In this document: positions 61,118 to 64,000 of the stretch, piece by piece
Layout: the number at the start of each line of letters is the position of its first letter
How positions within the stretch are numbered: position 1 is the stretch's first letter
Assembly (NCBI RefSeq): GCF_964188315.1
Contig: NC_135670.1
Location: 1,302,001 to 1,366,000 of the forward strand
Length of the DNA: 64,000 bases
DNA from: Podarcis muralis
Taxonomy: Eukaryota
Direction of reading: 5' to 3'
Translations under genes and position numbers: made by a program
Notes under the pieces: model-generated
Databases searched by the model: none
What the model saw: only the letters and a program-made list of their open reading frames with translations
Told to the model about the DNA's origin: nothing

Positions 61118-61931
61118 CTGGGGATCAACGTAGGTGGCTCCATCTCTCTCTCTTTTCCTGGATTTTCTTTTCTTCACTATGATTATTGTGACCACCAATA
61201 AACAGGCAACGACGGGGAGAAGAAGAATTAACATGAACTCCCAACGTATAATTTGTCCAAGGCCACCTGCAATGTACAATAAGAGTCTCTTGGAATATAC
61301 TGTGATGAAAACTGCAGCATAAAAAAAGATTTTGAAGTAAGCGATAAAAAAGACACGGCAATAACACATTGTCAAAACCGAAAACTGTCCAGTAGCACCT
61401 TAAAGGTAAAGGTAAAGGTACCCCTGCCCATATGGGCCAGTCTTGACAGACTCTAGGGTTGTGCGCTCATCTCACTCAAGAGGCCGGGGGCCAGCGCTGT
61501 CCAGAGACACTTCCGGGTCACGTGGCCAGCGTGACAAAGCTGCATCTGGCGAGCCAGAGCCGCACACGGAAACGCCGTTTACCTTCCCGCTGGTAAGCGG
61601 TCCCTATTTATCTACTTGCACCCGGGGGTGCTTTCGAACTGCTAGGTTGGCAGGCGCTGGGACCGAGCAGTGGGAGCGCACCCCGCCGCGGGGATTCGAA
61701 CCGCCGACCTTTCGATCGGCAAGCCCTAGGCGCTGAGGCTTTTACCCACAGTGCCACCCCGAGTCCCTTAGAAACAGTAGCACCTTAGAAACCAACTAAG
61801 TTGGTTCTGGGTATAAGCATTCATGTGCATAAGCTGGATATAAGCTTTTGTGTATCTGAAGAAGTGTGCGCATGCACATGAAAGCTTATACCCAGAACAA
61901 ACATGGTTGGTCTCTAAGGTGCTACTGGACA

Positions 61932-61983
<52 letters not shown>

Positions 61984-63855
61984 TCTTTTTTGAAAAGTTT
62001 TTATTGTTAAAATAATTCAGCATTAATACACACATATTGTGAATATACAATCATACAAACATACATTTCATACATATTATTTTTTCATCTGTGTCAACCA
62101 ACACAGCTACCTGTCTGAATCTATTGTCAAAACCATTCCTTAACCCTTCCTTTTAATTTAATTTCGTGGCTGCTGTCACCATCTGCAGTGATCACGGAGT
62201 CCAAGAAAGTAAAGTCTCTCACTGTCTCCATTTCTGGGACAGCAGAGGACGAGATGGTTGGACAGTGTTCTCAAAGCTACTAACATGAGTTTGACCAAAT
62301 TGCAGGAGGCAGTGGAAGACAGGAGTGCCAGGCGTGCTCTGGTCCAGGGGGTCAAACTTAGTTGGTCTCTAAGGTGCTACTGGAAGGATTTTTTACCGTA
62401 AATATTTTGTTTCAACAAACCCTTCCTTAATGTTAAAAGCCATGGGTGTAGATCTGACCCTGGAGGTTCCAGAAGAACAGAAGAAGAGACCACAGGGGGC
62501 CCATCCAGTCCAACTGCAGGCCCTCTTACCTGCCAACCAGATACTTTCAATGAAAGCTGGCAAGCAGGACCTGATTCCCCTCCCTTCTATTATTCACTGC
62601 CTGCCCAGAGCCACTTCCTTGAAGGCCACACCTCAAATCACTTTCTTTGTAGCTAGAAGAAAAGAAGGGTGCTAGTTTGAACAGCTTGGTTTTTTTCAGA
62701 GAGAGAGCAGTGGCAGACAGAAAGTGTGAGAATCTTCCTGCAATATTTATTATTACAAATTCATTTGTCTTTATGTATGTGAATGGGGGAGGGAGAAGGG
62801 GAGGAGAAGGGGTGAGGGCCATAGCTCAATGGATGAAGTTCACAGGCTTAACCCCTGATGGCATCTCCAGAAAAGGGCTGGGAGCGACTCTCAGCCTTAA
62901 ACATTGCAGAGCCATTGCCAATCAGTGTAGACAATACAGTGGTGCCTCGCAAGACGAAATTAATTCGTTCCGCGAGGCTCTTCGTATAGCGGTTTTTTCG
63001 TCTTGCGAAGCAAGCCCATTGACAGCTTAGCGGATTAGCGCTATTAGTGGTTTAGCGGCTTTTAGCAATCAGCTGTTAAGCGGCTTATCAGTGGATCAGC
63101 TGATAAGCGGCTTAGCGGCTTAGGAAAAGGGGGGGGGGGTGGAAAGAACCCCGAAGGAACTTGCAAGACTTTTTCGTCTTGCGAAGCAAGCCCATAGGGA
63201 AATTCGTTTTGCGAAGCGCCTCCAAAACGGAAAACCCTTTCGTCTAGCGGGTTTTCCGTCTTGCGAGGCGTTCGTCTTGCGGGGCACCACTGTAGATGGT
63301 TTGACTTCATGTAAGGCAGTTTCCTGTGTAGCTGAGAAATGATCGGTCTTTTCTGTGCTTGTCACAACTTCCAGCAGAAGGAGTATGGAGGTTTTCCACT
63401 CCTGTTTCCATTTAGTTTCAAAAACCACAAATGCTCTGCGTGCCCACACACTTCTCCTTGGTTCCCTGATTTTTAGAGATACCCCAAGTATTCACCACCC
63501 CAAGCAACGTCTCTCAGAAATGTGGGGTGGGGGGGAAGAATACATTTCTCACCTCTGTCACTTGTGCAGATTTTGAGAATGTCAACTGAGGCTTCCTTTT
63601 GTTCTGAAGAACTGCTGACCCTGCAGGTGAACGTGGAGTCATTGGAAGCTTTTCTCCAGGAGACGTGGAGATCCCTACCGTTGTGGGAAAGCTGGTATTC
63701 ACCTGAACCTCCAGCTAAGGTCCTTGGGGGATTCCCTTTTCCCCAGGAGATAACAAACTTTTCTTCTGTGGATGCAATGCACTGCAGGGTCACATTGCAG
63801 CCTTCTGGAGTCTTGGAGATGTTTTGGGGGAGTATCTGAGGCGCCGGCACTGGCT
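61118..63855 (-). CDS. SLAM/CD2-family Ig receptor, partial: IgC2 exon 63855-63553 and TM exon 61266-61118; leader and IgV exons beyond the window end
   Basis: 303-nt phase 1-1 exon EPVPAPQILPQNISKTPEGCNVTLQCIASTEEKFVISW...LHVSW..DSTFTCRVSSSSEQKEASVDILKICTSDR has the four-Cys pattern of the SLAM membrane-proximal C2 domain. The 149-nt TM exon reads GLGQIIRWEFMLILLLPVVACLLVVTIIIVKKRKSRKRERDGATYVDPQ. Confidence 0.85.
61403..61767 (-). mobile_element. Sauria SINE, young subfamily
   Basis: 13-bp TSD CAGTAGCACCTTA at 61390-61402 and 61775-61787. Confidence 0.92.
61852..61891 (+). ncRNA. Minimal type I hammerhead ribozyme motif (Penelope-associated)
   Basis: GTAT-CTGAAGA-A-GTGTGC(GCAT)GCACAT-GAAA-GC-TT-ATAC. 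Stem I is GTAT/ATAC, the cores are CUGANGA and GAAA, and the self-complementary AGCU stem III has a CUU cleavage triplet. Confidence 0.7.
61935..61983. repeat. (TAT)n microsatellite
   Basis: Direct reading. Confidence 0.95.
62157..62352. mobile_element. BovB (RTE) LINE fragment with 5' inversion
   Basis: 62157-62234 is antisense to BovB ORF sequence (reverse complement gatcactgcagatggtgacagcagccacgaaattaa). 62235-62352 is the sense 3' end (gggacagcagaggacgagatggttggacag..gcaggaggcagtggaagacagg). Confidence 0.75.
62937..63292. mobile_element. Tc1/mariner-type MITE, family B, inserted in an old tRNA-SINE
   Basis: Same TIRs and TA flanks as 59871-60243, with a degenerate central TTAGCGGC array. 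Confidence 0.85.
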
Positions 63856-64000
63856 CTGTTCAATGCAAACAAAAGTTACATGAAGTTTGTGCTTCAGTGG
63901 CTGCCACTAACTGTGTAAGGCAGTGATGGGGAACCTCATGCCCTGATTCTCTCTAGTTGGCCCTTGAGACTCTTTCAAGTCTGCACCCATGTACACCCTC

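Larger units (their letters stand above)
61385..61935. mobile_element. Penelope-like pLTR inverted-repeat remnant, split by a Sauria SINE
   Basis: ctgtccagtagcacctta[SINE]cagtagcaccttagaaaccaact...gttggtctctaaggtgctactggacaatt. A further short fragment lies at about 62353-62392. Confidence 0.78.

Noticed and set aside
61120-61140. ITSM in GATYVDP of the SLAM-like TM exon
   Set aside because: The spacing does not match TxYxxI/V.

Overview
Vertebrate (squamate, probably lacertid lizard) genomic DNA. The taxon is inferred from Sauria SINEs, a Squam3-like CORE-SINE, BovB and Penelope remnants. The window has three parts. (1) The 3' four coding exons of a type II C-type lectin on the + strand (16-3952). 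(2) A compact head-to-tail array of five six-exon vomeronasal type-2 receptor (V2R, class C GPCR) genes on the - strand (6756-54644). Four have uninterrupted frames and one has a 1-nt frameshift in its signal peptide. (3) The IgC2 and transmembrane exons of a SLAM/CD2-family receptor on the - strand (61118-63855), whose 5' end lies beyond the window and whose cytoplasmic exons are uncertain. Introns and intergenic DNA hold many L2, CR1, L1, BovB, SINE, Tc1/mariner-type MITE and Penelope fragments. There is one 241-N assembly gap. I found no clearly new biological system. The best leads are: a conserved non-coding block upstream of the V2R genes; a splice-acceptor-like sequence at the start codon, with start-codon turnover; a 191-bp gene-conversion tract; a Penelope palindrome that may supply a V2R stop codon and poly(A) signal; a minimal hammerhead ribozyme; and atypical lectin and SLAM motifs. 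All exon boundaries were derived by hand from GT-AG sites and phase consistency. No database searches were run, so repeat family names come from recalled consensus features.
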